The notes beneath the pieces are model-generated. The model was not told the origin of the DNA. It searched no databases and saw nothing but the letters and a program-made list of their open reading frames with translations. A stretch of DNA of 36,708 nucleotides from a virus (taxonomy: Duplodnaviria; Caudoviricetes): the IMG/VR virus record IMGVR_UViG_3300038797_000104, positions 1 to 36,708 of that record. One strand, given 5' to 3'. Shown piece after piece: positions 7,053 to 14,875 of this stretch (the first letter of the stretch is position 1; each line of letters begins with the position of its first letter). The position numbers and the translations under genes are program-made.

Positions 7053-7784
7053 ATGAGTATGGATTTGATGGTCAAGGCCATGAAAACGAAGGTTGGCAAC
7101 CCGCTGCGCAAGCTGGTGCTGGTCAAGCTTGCCGACAACGCTAGCGACCAAGGGGAGTGCTGGCCGTCTTACCAGCACATTGCCGACCAGTGCGAGATCG
7201 GCCGTTCCACTGTGAAGCTGCATATTCGCGAGCTTGAAAAGGCTGGTTTTCTTCGGCGTGAGTATCGCCGAAAGGGCGAGCTGAATCAGTCGAACGTCTT
7301 CCACTTGTCGCTTGATGGTGGGGCAGATTCTGCCCTAGGGGGTGGGGCAGGAGATAACCCACCTGGGGCAGCAGATGACCTAGGGGGTGGGGCAGGAGCT
7401 GCCCCCAGAACCAGTCACTCTTATGAACCAGTCAAGGAACCTAAACCTACGTTCACTCCAGACTCGATGGAAGGGTTTGAACAGTTCTGGAAACTGTACC
7501 CGAAGAAGAAGTCTCGCAAGGACGCCACCAAGGCGTGGGCGAAGCTGAAACCGAACGATGAGCTACGCCAGACCCTGATCACCGCTTTGGGCAGCCACTG
7601 CGTCTCCGAGGACTGGGCGAAGGATGGTGGCCGTTACGTCCCGAACGCCGCGACCTGGCTAAACGGCGAGCGCTGGCATGACGAACTCGCGCCAGCAACT
7701 GGGAAGGCATCGACCTTCACCAACCTGCCGCAACACGAAGCAAACGCTTATCCGGAGGTGCCACATGGCCAAACCAATTTCTAA
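7053..7784 (+). CDS. Phage replication initiator (N-terminal winged HTH)
   Basis: KLVLVKLADNASDQGECWPSYQHIADQCEIGRSTV; C-terminal FEQFWKLYPKK...YVPNAATWLNGERW; low-complexity linker containing iterons. Confidence 0.88.
   Translation: MSMDLMVKAMKTKVGNPLRKLVLVKLADNASDQGECWPSYQHIADQCEIGRSTVKLHIRELEKAGFLRREYRRKGELNQSNVFHLSLDGGADSALGGGAGDNPPGAADDLGGGAGAAPRTSHSYEPVKEPKPTFTPDSMEGFEQFWKLYPKKKSRKDATKAWAKLKPNDELRQTLITALGSHCVSEDWAKDGGRYVPNAATWLNGERWHDELAPATGKASTFTNLPQHEANAYPEVPHGQTNF
7317..7440. repeat. Iterons of the putative replication origin
   Basis: TGGGGCAG at 7319, 7343, 7364, 7388; identical 20-mer CCTAGGGGGTGGGGCAGGAG at 7334 and 7379; followed by two copies of GAACCAGTCA. Confidence 0.75.
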
Positions 7785-8568
7785 GTTCAGCCGCGTGCCG
7801 GATGTTCGCTTCTTCGAGGCGCAGTGCCCGGTGCATGGCACGGTCGACGGTGCTGAGGTTGAGCAGTTCGACGGCTCCTATCTGGTGCGGGCCTGCCGCC
7901 GGTGCCAGTGGGAGGCAATGAACACCGCCGACAAACGCAGCGAAGCCCATACCGAGGCGCTGGGCCGCCGTAAAGCGGCGACGCTGAACGAGTTGCTGAT
8001 CGGATCGGGTATTACGCCGCGGTTCGCGGAGTGCACGCTGGAGAACTTCACCACCGGTGCGGTGCTGGAAAAGGTCCGCGCCTTGTCGACCTGTCAGTCG
8101 TACGTTGATCAGTTCGAAGTGAACTACCGCGCCGGCCGCTCGCTGATCCTTTCCGGCAACGTTGGTACCGGCAAAACGCATCTGGCCAGCGGGATGGTTC
8201 AGCAGGTCATTCGGAAGTTCAGCGCAGCGGCGTTGATCGTTTCGGCCGCAGAGATCATCCGCATCGCCAAGGGCGCGATGGTGCGCGGCGCTGACTACAC
8301 CGAGCGCGACGTGATCAACGAACTAGCGAGCCTGGACCTGCTGGTGATCGACGAGATTGGCGCGCAGAAGGGGAGCGAGTACGAACTGGGATTGCTCCAT
8401 GAAGTCATCGATCGCCGGTATCAGCTTGTCGTGCCCACTGTGGTGGTGTCCAACCTGCCTGCCAACGCTCTCGGCCAATTCATCGGTGCCCGCGCGCTCG
8501 ATCGCCTGCGGCAGAATGGTGGTCAAGCAGTCGGCTTCAGTTGGTCCTCGATGAGGGCCACCGCATGA
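7765..8568 (+). CDS. dnaC: DnaC/IstB-like helicase loader ATPase
   Basis: Walker A GNVGTGKT, Walker B LLVIDEIG, N-terminal CxxH/CxxC. Confidence 0.9.
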   Translation: MAKPISKFSRVPDVRFFEAQCPVHGTVDGAEVEQFDGSYLVRACRRCQWEAMNTADKRSEAHTEALGRRKAATLNELLIGSGITPRFAECTLENFTTGAVLEKVRALSTCQSYVDQFEVNYRAGRSLILSGNVGTGKTHLASGMVQQVIRKFSAAALIVSAAEIIRIAKGAMVRGADYTERDVINELASLDLLVIDEIGAQKGSEYELGLLHEVIDRRYQLVVPTVVVSNLPANALGQFIGARALDRLRQNGGQAVGFSWSSMRATA

Positions 8569-9941
8569 GTGAATATCGCGAACTGTTCAGTGATGAGGCT
8601 GAACACGCTCTACTGGGGGCGATGCTGCTGGATGGCGAGCTGTTCGACGCCATCACCAGCCAGGTATCGGCGGCGGACTTTCACGATCCGGAGAATGCCG
8701 CGCTGTTCCAGACGATGATTGGCTGTCATGCAGCTGGAAGCCCGGTTGACCCGGTAACGCTGCACGACTTCGCTGAATATCTCCCGAGCGGCACCCGAAC
8801 ACTGGCCTACGCCGCCGAGCTGGCACGCAACACGCCCAGCACCGCCAACTGGAAGGCCTATGCCAAGGTTGTGACCGAGCGCGCCGTGCTGCGCCGCTTG
8901 GTGGACGCTGCCGACGCGGTGCGGGAGTTGGCAACCGAGAATCGGCCTGTCGCCGAAATCATCGCCAGCGCCCAGCAGGCAATGGCGGATCTGCGAGACC
9001 TGCAGGCCGGTGAGCCTGACTACAAGCGCATGGACGAGGTGGTGGATCGCAACATCGACATCATCGACTCCAAGTTCAACGGCAAGCTGCAATCTGGCTT
9101 GTCGACCGGGCTGGTCGATCTGGACAAATTGATCCGTGGTCTGCGCAAAAAGACCGTCACCATCGTGGCCGGTCTGCCGGGGAGCGGTAAAACCACGCTC
9201 GGCCTGCAGATCGCGCAGCACGTCGCATGCAGCGGCGCCGGCGTAGGCATGGTGTTCTCGTTGGAGATGCCGGAGGAGGAATTGGGTAATCGTGCGCTGG
9301 CATCCATTGGTGGTATCGACCTGCGAAAGCTCGATGACGGACAGCTGCAGGATGATGACTGGCCGCGGCTGACTTCGGCGGTGAGCAGGATCGTCGACGT
9401 GCCGCTGTTCGTTTGCGACAAGTCCGGTCTGACGGTGGCGCGTATTCGCAGCATTGCCCGCCAGGTGCAGCGCGCTCATGGTCTCGACGTAGTGGTGATC
9501 GATTACATCGGCCTGATCGGCTCCGACGGGAAGGCGTTCAACCGCACTTCGGAACTGGGGAAGATCTCGACCAGCATCGTAAACATTGCCAAGGAGTTGG
9601 AGGTGCCGGTGATTCTGCTGGCGCAACTCAACCGCGACTCGACCAAGCGACCGGGCAAGAAGCCGATCGCCTCGGATCTGCGCGATTCCGGCCAGATCGA
9701 GGCAGACGCCCACTGCATCATCCTCGTACATCGCGACATGGATTCGGAGGAAGGCCAGAACGGAGTTACCGAGCTGATCATGCCCAAGTGCAGGCACGCG
9801 CCGGTCGGTTCATGTCTCGTTCAGCAGCAGGGCCAATACGCGCGATTCATCAATTTCGCCGGCAACCGTGAGCCGAGCAACGAGGAGATCGAAATGGGCC
9901 GCTCGTTCGCTAGCCAGTACCGGGGGAGACCGCAATCATGA
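8565..9941 (+). CDS. dnaB: Replicative DnaB-like helicase
   Basis: GLPGSGKT, FSLEM, VIDYIGL, AQLNR, SDLRDSGQIEADA. Confidence 0.95.
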   Translation: MSEYRELFSDEAEHALLGAMLLDGELFDAITSQVSAADFHDPENAALFQTMIGCHAAGSPVDPVTLHDFAEYLPSGTRTLAYAAELARNTPSTANWKAYAKVVTERAVLRRLVDAADAVRELATENRPVAEIIASAQQAMADLRDLQAGEPDYKRMDEVVDRNIDIIDSKFNGKLQSGLSTGLVDLDKLIRGLRKKTVTIVAGLPGSGKTTLGLQIAQHVACSGAGVGMVFSLEMPEEELGNRALASIGGIDLRKLDDGQLQDDDWPRLTSAVSRIVDVPLFVCDKSGLTVARIRSIARQVQRAHGLDVVVIDYIGLIGSDGKAFNRTSELGKISTSIVNIAKELEVPVILLAQLNRDSTKRPGKKPIASDLRDSGQIEADAHCIILVHRDMDSEEGQNGVTELIMPKCRHAPVGSCLVQQQGQYARFINFAGNREPSNEEIEMGRSFASQYRGRPQS

Positions 9942-11299
9942 CCCTGAGTCCAAGAACACTCGTTGTGTCCATAAGTGATGCCGAGATCCGCCGGCACCAG
10001 AACAGCGACATTCGGCAGCTGCGTGATCCGCGGTATCGCCAGTTGCGTTTCCGGTATTCGACGGTGGACCGCGCCAGAGGTGCCTGGCACGTTGTGATCG
10101 CCGGACGGTGGGGCAAGGCAGGCGACTATCCCGGAATCAACGCCAAAGCGATGCTGGCCACACTGCCGGCCATCCTCACCCGCCGTTCTGCTGACCCGGC
10201 TGCCAAATCCACGGCCACCAGTTGGTCAACGATGGAAGAACTGCTGATTTGGTACCAAGACCGCATGCTCCGCGACCGCTCGCTGTCCGAGAAACGCAAA
10301 GCTAGCGCCAAGTCGGCCTTGAAACGACATCTGCTGCCACGCTTGGGGCGATTGTCGCTAGCGGAACTGAACCGGCCAGCGATCGATCGCCTTTTATTGA
10401 TGCCGATGCAGGAGCGTTATGCGTTGTCGTTCGTGCGCTCGGTTTGGGGTGTACTCGGCGTGGCCGTGCGACAGGCCTACCGCCTTGACCTGCTGGCCAT
10501 AAACCCGCTGGCTGGCCTGGAGTTCACCGACTTCGTGCGGACCAAGATCAAGGCAAAAGCAGCACGCCTCCACTCCGACGATGTTCCCGGGCTGCTGGAA
10601 ATGCTGTCCTGCCAGTTCGACGAATCGCCGGCGGCATGTGCACTGGCTGGGCTGATGCTCTGCCACGGAACGCGCCTGGGCGAAACCCGGCTGGCGCGCT
10701 GGAAGAACGTCAACACCGTCAACGGTAAGTGGTTCATCCCGGCAGCCGACACCAAAACCAAAGCGGCGCACACCCTGCCGCTGACCGTCCAGGCCACAGC
10801 GCTGATCGAGCGGTATCGGCGTTCCCAACAGGAGCGGGGCTACACCGGGCAGTTCCTGTTTCCGGGTAGCGCTGGGAATGCCCTCAGCGCGACCAAGGCA
10901 AGCACCATGTTCACGCATCTGGCGCATGGCGAATGGTCGAGCCACGACCTGCGCAAGGTGGCTCGTACAGCATGGACTGACCTGGGCGTCGACTACATGG
11001 TCGGGGAGCTGCTGCTCAACCACGCCATGAAGGATCTCGACCAGGCATACATTCACACTTCCGCCGAGCAGCTGAAGCGGCAGGCCTTGGAGACTTGGCA
11101 TGCCTATCTCGATCAACGAGGTTTCGAGGCATTGCACGGCGAGACATTCGCGAGACAGGAAGGCAAGTCGTTACCCGCCGAGACCATGAATAACGAGGCT
11201 TCCAGCGTGAATCAGTATCCACTTCCGAGGAGGAGGTTTTTAGACAAAAGCGAGACTCCGCACACACCAAACCATCAGCAAGGAGACGGCAATGAGTAA
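9938..11299 (+). CDS. Second tyrosine recombinase/integrase-family protein
   Basis: GTRLGE (R), DTKT (K), HDLRK, LLNH, DQAY (Y) all intact; ATGA-coupled to dnaB. Confidence 0.88.
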   Translation: MTLSPRTLVVSISDAEIRRHQNSDIRQLRDPRYRQLRFRYSTVDRARGAWHVVIAGRWGKAGDYPGINAKAMLATLPAILTRRSADPAAKSTATSWSTMEELLIWYQDRMLRDRSLSEKRKASAKSALKRHLLPRLGRLSLAELNRPAIDRLLLMPMQERYALSFVRSVWGVLGVAVRQAYRLDLLAINPLAGLEFTDFVRTKIKAKAARLHSDDVPGLLEMLSCQFDESPAACALAGLMLCHGTRLGETRLARWKNVNTVNGKWFIPAADTKTKAAHTLPLTVQATALIERYRRSQQERGYTGQFLFPGSAGNALSATKASTMFTHLAHGEWSSHDLRKVARTAWTDLGVDYMVGELLLNHAMKDLDQAYIHTSAEQLKRQALETWHAYLDQRGFEALHGETFARQEGKSLPAETMNNEASSVNQYPLPRRRFLDKSETPHTPNHQQGDGNE

Positions 11300-11591
11300 C
11301 GTCACAGCGGCATTGCCGCGGAAAAGCCTGCTTGAGCATGAGCGTAAATTTTTGAAGATGGCCGGCGAGGGCTTAGCCCAAGAGAAAATCGGCGGTGCCG
11401 CCGCTATGGCCTGTCTGCTGGACATGGTCGCCAGTTGGCACGCTACCCGGGTGAACATCGGGTTCGGTGACTACTGCAAGCGTTGGGTCGCCGAAGGAAA
11501 CGCAAAGAGCAAGACGGCGGATCGTCTATTGCGCAACCTGCTGGGGCTGGACGATGCACCGCCGCCGCGCCGAATCCGGAGGGCTGCCTGA
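11292..11591 (+). CDS. Hypothetical phage protein
   Basis: AGGAG RBS; overlaps neighbours on both sides. Confidence 0.75.
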   Translation: MSNVTAALPRKSLLEHERKFLKMAGEGLAQEKIGGAAAMACLLDMVASWHATRVNIGFGDYCKRWVAEGNAKSKTADRLLRNLLGLDDAPPPRRIRRAA

Positions 11592-12139
11592 TGTCGGTTT
11601 ACCGAAGCGCCGAACATGGCGTTATGCGAGCGATGAACGTCGATTCGATCTCTTTGCACAAAGGCGCGGGCTGGCAGAACAAATATCAGTCGGAGGGGTG
11701 GGAGGCTGAACGGGCTGACAATCCATGTCCAATGGATCGTTTCGACCAGCTCACTCAGGACAGTATGACGCGGTCCCTGTTGCGTCGTGTCTTGGCACCG
11801 CATCACTGGCAGGTGCTGGTGGCTCACTTCATGGTCGATCTGGACGGCTCAACCCAGCAGCAGCGGATTGCGGCAATCGCTCACCTGGTGCGCTCGGCGC
11901 CGGGGAGGGCGCACCATTTGTTCAAAACGAAGTGCGTGACTGCATGGGCGACGCCGCGCCTGCCAGACTCGTTCATGGTGTTGCACACTTGGGACAACGC
12001 AGACACGCCAACACCGGAGAAAACTCTGTATCGATGGCGATCGGACATCCGCAACTGGCTGGAGGCCGAGCGCGATACAGCGATTAGTTCGGCGTGGGTA
12101 ATTCTCAACGAAGCGAAGCTGATTGCAGAAAGTGCTTGA
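11591..12139 (+). CDS. Putative late-gene activator/antiterminator (Q position)
   Basis: Last gene of the early-right operon; HTH-like TPEKTLYRWRSDI; followed directly by a promoter and terminator. Confidence 0.55.
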   Translation: MSVYRSAEHGVMRAMNVDSISLHKGAGWQNKYQSEGWEAERADNPCPMDRFDQLTQDSMTRSLLRRVLAPHHWQVLVAHFMVDLDGSTQQQRIAAIAHLVRSAPGRAHHLFKTKCVTAWATPRLPDSFMVLHTWDNADTPTPEKTLYRWRSDIRNWLEAERDTAISSAWVILNEAKLIAESA

Positions 12140-12164
12140 TTCGCTGAGAAAATGAGAATTTAAT
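12136..12164 (+). promoter_or_regulatory. pR'-like late promoter
   Basis: TTGATT-17 bp-TTTAAT with a TGAGAA direct repeat in the spacer. Confidence 0.6.
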
Positions 12165-12205
12165 TACCCACATTGCGGTTCTGCGTCTTGAAGATGCGAA
12201 CCCCC

Positions 12206-12233
12206 AAAGCCCAACCATCGAGTTGGGCTTTTT
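12206..12233 (+). terminator. tR'-like terminator
   Basis: AAAGCCCAAC-CATCGA-GTTGGGCTTTTT. Confidence 0.8.
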
Positions 12234-12250
12234 ACTGATCAGGGACGAAT

Positions 12251-12529
12251 ATGCTTCTCATAACTTTGCAAGAAATGCTTTGGCCTCCGGAAGGCGAGCC
12301 TGCCGAGGCGCCATCAAAAGCAGTGATTGCAATGGCAACCAACCTGCCGCTTGAACAGGCGCTGTCAGTGATTCTTGAGCACGAACACGCCTATAGACAG
12401 CGTTACTCTCAAGCGCTCGAGCACAGGCTTCAGGCTGTCAGCAGCATTGATGATGTCAGCAAAAGTGTTCTGATGGGTATGGATGTTCGACTCGTCGAGG
12501 ATCTCGAGCTAACACCCGAAGCGTTTTAG
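12251..12529 (+). CDS. Moron, hypothetical 92 aa
   Basis: AGGGA RBS; bounded by terminators. Confidence 0.65.
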   Translation: MLLITLQEMLWPPEGEPAEAPSKAVIAMATNLPLEQALSVILEHEHAYRQRYSQALEHRLQAVSSIDDVSKSVLMGMDVRLVEDLELTPEAF

Positions 12530-12542
12530 TCTTTGATTTAAG

Positions 12543-12573
12543 AAAAAGCCCGGCCATTGCGTCGGGCTTTTTT
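12543..12573 (+). terminator. Intrinsic terminator
   Basis: AAAAAGCCCG...CGGGCTTTTTT. Confidence 0.8.
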
Positions 12574-12620
12574 GTGCCCCCGGTTCGTGACATGCTAATA
12601 AGCCATCACGGAAGGATCAC

Positions 12621-13088
12621 ATGATGCCTAGTTTTTCCGATCTGCAGGCCGCTTCGAGTGCGGCAATAAGTAAAGAACGTACCTACTGGAGCAACCTTGT
12701 TAGGCTGCTTGAGGAGTTTGGAACGCAGTTTGTTGAATATTTGCAGCTGCCATCGCCAACCTACGTTCTGGAAGGCCGCGAGCGTCACTACGTAACGTTC
12801 ACTCAGAAAAAATCAATAGGCACCATCTCGACCTTTGATCCATTGGATTACGAGAAGACGGAGCGCTCAATCCCTTTCACGATCAATGTGGCACTGCCCG
12901 ATATTTCACAAGGAAATGTTCGTGAGATATCAATTGATCTCGCCTTGAGTGCAGTGGACGGCAAGCCCAGTATCCACAGTGCAGAGTTTATTGGTGGCGA
13001 GCGTATTATTCGTTATGACTCCGTCGCATACCGTACTTCGATGGACAAAATTGCAGACGTTCTCAAAAGCAAGGCTGAAACCCTTTAG
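12621..13088 (+). CDS. Moron, hypothetical 155 aa
   Basis: AAGGA RBS; AT-richer than the core genes; bounded by terminators. Confidence 0.7.
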   Translation: MMPSFSDLQAASSAAISKERTYWSNLVRLLEEFGTQFVEYLQLPSPTYVLEGRERHYVTFTQKKSIGTISTFDPLDYEKTERSIPFTINVALPDISQGNVREISIDLALSAVDGKPSIHSAEFIGGERIIRYDSVAYRTSMDKIADVLKSKAETL

Positions 13089-13113
13089 ACATTACCCGTT
13101 GTATACCATTCTG

Positions 13114-13138
13114 ACCCCGGCCGATTGCCGGGGTTTTT
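13114..13138 (+). terminator. Intrinsic terminator
   Basis: ACCCCGGC-CGATT-GCCGGGGTTTTT. Confidence 0.8.
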
Positions 13139-13155
13139 CGTTTATGGAGTATCGG

Positions 13156-13527
13156 ATGGACCCTACTGACCTCGGCCCAGGCACAGCCACCTGGCTTGGC
13201 GGTACTGGAACCGTGTTGCTGGCCGCATTCCTTTGGTTGCGTAAATTCCTGTCGAAGGATGCTGCCGACAGGGCGATGGATAACGCCGATATCTTCACGC
13301 TTCGCCGGCTGAATGAGCTGCTGGATTCCGAGCGTGTTGCGCGAAAGGAGGCTGAAGCTCGCGCTGACCAGTTCGCCAAGGAGCGCAACGAGCTCGCCGC
13401 CGCAGTCGGGCGGATGGAAGGGAAGATTGAAGCCCTCACCAGCCAGGTCGCACAGCTCACCGCAACGGTAACCTCGCAGAGCGAAGAGATCGCCCGCCTG
13501 CGTACCAAGCTGGGAGGCATCAGCTGA
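13156..13527 (+). CDS. Putative holin-like membrane protein (one TM plus coiled coil)
   Basis: GGAG RBS; hydrophobic WLGGTGTVLLAAFLWL then heptad repeats; first core gene of the late operon. Confidence 0.55.
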   Translation: MDPTDLGPGTATWLGGTGTVLLAAFLWLRKFLSKDAADRAMDNADIFTLRRLNELLDSERVARKEAEARADQFAKERNELAAAVGRMEGKIEALTSQVAQLTATVTSQSEEIARLRTKLGGIS

Positions 13528-13865
13528 TGGACAGATGCGCAATGGAATTCATCGCTCGCCGCTGGTGGCGCCGAGCAGAGATTTGGGTGATCGCAGCGCT
13601 GCTGCTCGCCGGCGGCCTGATCCTGGGTTACCAAGCCGGCGTGTGGTCAGCAAGCAGTGAGCAGACCAAGCAGCTCGCCGAAGTTCGCGCCGCCTACGAT
13701 GCAGCTCTGGGCAAGCGCGACGTTCGCCTCAATAGCCTGGCCGAGAAGACGCAGGATGCAGCGGTAAAGGTGCAGGAAGCGTCGAACTCAGCAGTCCAAG
13801 CCGCCGATACAGCGAGCAAGGCAGCGGAGAAGGTCAACGAAGCCGTTGAACGGCAAACACCCTAA
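13527..13865 (+). CDS. Membrane-anchored coiled-coil protein, probable lysis accessory
   Basis: TM segment IWVIAALLLAGGLILGY; TGATG coupling to the upstream gene. Confidence 0.55.
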   Translation: MDRCAMEFIARRWWRRAEIWVIAALLLAGGLILGYQAGVWSASSEQTKQLAEVRAAYDAALGKRDVRLNSLAEKTQDAAVKVQEASNSAVQAADTASKAAEKVNEAVERQTP

Positions 13866-13891
13866 CGCTCACTTGATAGCTGGAGGTCTTG

Positions 13892-14230
13892 ATGGCTCGC
13901 CTAAAGACCCTTGCGACTCGCGTTAAAACGCAGGGTGATCGAGTGGCAACAGCTGAGCCTGATTCATGGCGGGCTGATAAGCGAACATCCAACCAGCGTG
14001 GCTACACCTACGAGTGGCAGCAAGCGCGCCTCGCATTTCTCAATGAGAACCCATTGTGTGTGTACTGCGAGCGTGAAGGCCGAGTCACTGGCGCAAGTGT
14101 CGTCGACCACAAGATCCCACACCGTGGTGACATGGTGCTGTTCTGGGATCAGACAAACTGGCAGTCCCTGTGCAAGACCTGCCACGACGTGGTGAAAAAG
14201 CGGGAAGAGGCGTTGATGCCTCGATGGTGA
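13892..14230 (+). CDS. HNH endonuclease (terminase cofactor, HK97 gp74-like)
   Basis: PLCVYC...VVDHKIPHRGD...NWQSLCKTCH; directly before terS. Confidence 0.92.
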   Translation: MARLKTLATRVKTQGDRVATAEPDSWRADKRTSNQRGYTYEWQQARLAFLNENPLCVYCEREGRVTGASVVDHKIPHRGDMVLFWDQTNWQSLCKTCHDVVKKREEALMPRW

Positions 14231-14289
14231 GGTTGAAGCACGCCAACTCCCCGTTCTGCGCACCGTTGTGGTGCGGCACGTCACTGCCC

Positions 14290-14362
14290 CACCCCGGGGG
14301 GGTGAAATTCTGGGCGGTAGATTTCTTCTAGACCACTCGCCCCCGCACGCGCACATTTTTCC
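14290..14362. other. Candidate cos packaging region
   Basis: HNH-terS intergenic segment with CCCCGGGGGGGTG and GACCACTCGCCCCCGCACGCG, the usual cos position in HK97/D3-like phages. Confidence 0.5.
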
Positions 14363-14383
14363 CCACCCACAAGGTTTTTGTTA

Positions 14384-14872
14384 ATGGTGTTAACAGACAA
14401 ACAGCGACAGTTTGTTGACGCTAAAGCCCGCGGCGCGTCTAACAAAGAGGCTGCGGAGGCCGCAGGCAGCAAGGCTTCTACCGCTGCAGCAGCTGGTTCA
14501 CGCTGGGCCAATGATCCCAAGATCGCTGCCGCAATTTTGGCCAGGCGGGCAGAGCTCAGTGTTAATCCCGAGCGCAAGCGGAAGAAGTCCAATCCGGCAG
14601 AAGCGACGCAGCCCGAGGTAGATGACCATGGCGGCGAATATCTCGATTGCCTCCCCGACACCGATGATCCTCTCGTGTGGCTATTGGCTCTGATGAACGA
14701 GCCCAAGGCGAAGGTTTTTGATCGTCGGAACGCCGCTCAGACCGCCGTGCCCTATGTGCATGGCAAAAAAGGTGAAGCCGGTAAGAAAGAACAGAAGGCT
14801 GATGCTGCGAAAGAGGCGGGCAGAGGTAAATACGCGTCTGGCAAACCGCCGCTTACAGTCGTGGGGAAATAG
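14384..14872 (+). CDS. terS: Terminase small subunit
   Basis: LTDKQRQFV..HTH N-terminus; directly upstream of terL. Confidence 0.85.
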   Translation: MVLTDKQRQFVDAKARGASNKEAAEAAGSKASTAAAAGSRWANDPKIAAAILARRAELSVNPERKRKKSNPAEATQPEVDDHGGEYLDCLPDTDDPLVWLLALMNEPKAKVFDRRNAAQTAVPYVHGKKGEAGKKEQKADAAKEAGRGKYASGKPPLTVVGK

Positions 14873-14875
14873 CAC

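Noticed and set aside
7317-7440. CRISPR-like array
   Set aside because: Units are short, in frame within a gene, and lack unique spacers or cas genes; they fit iterons
8610-9797. 395-aa minus-strand ORF
   Set aside because: Antisense shadow of dnaB caused by high-GC codon bias
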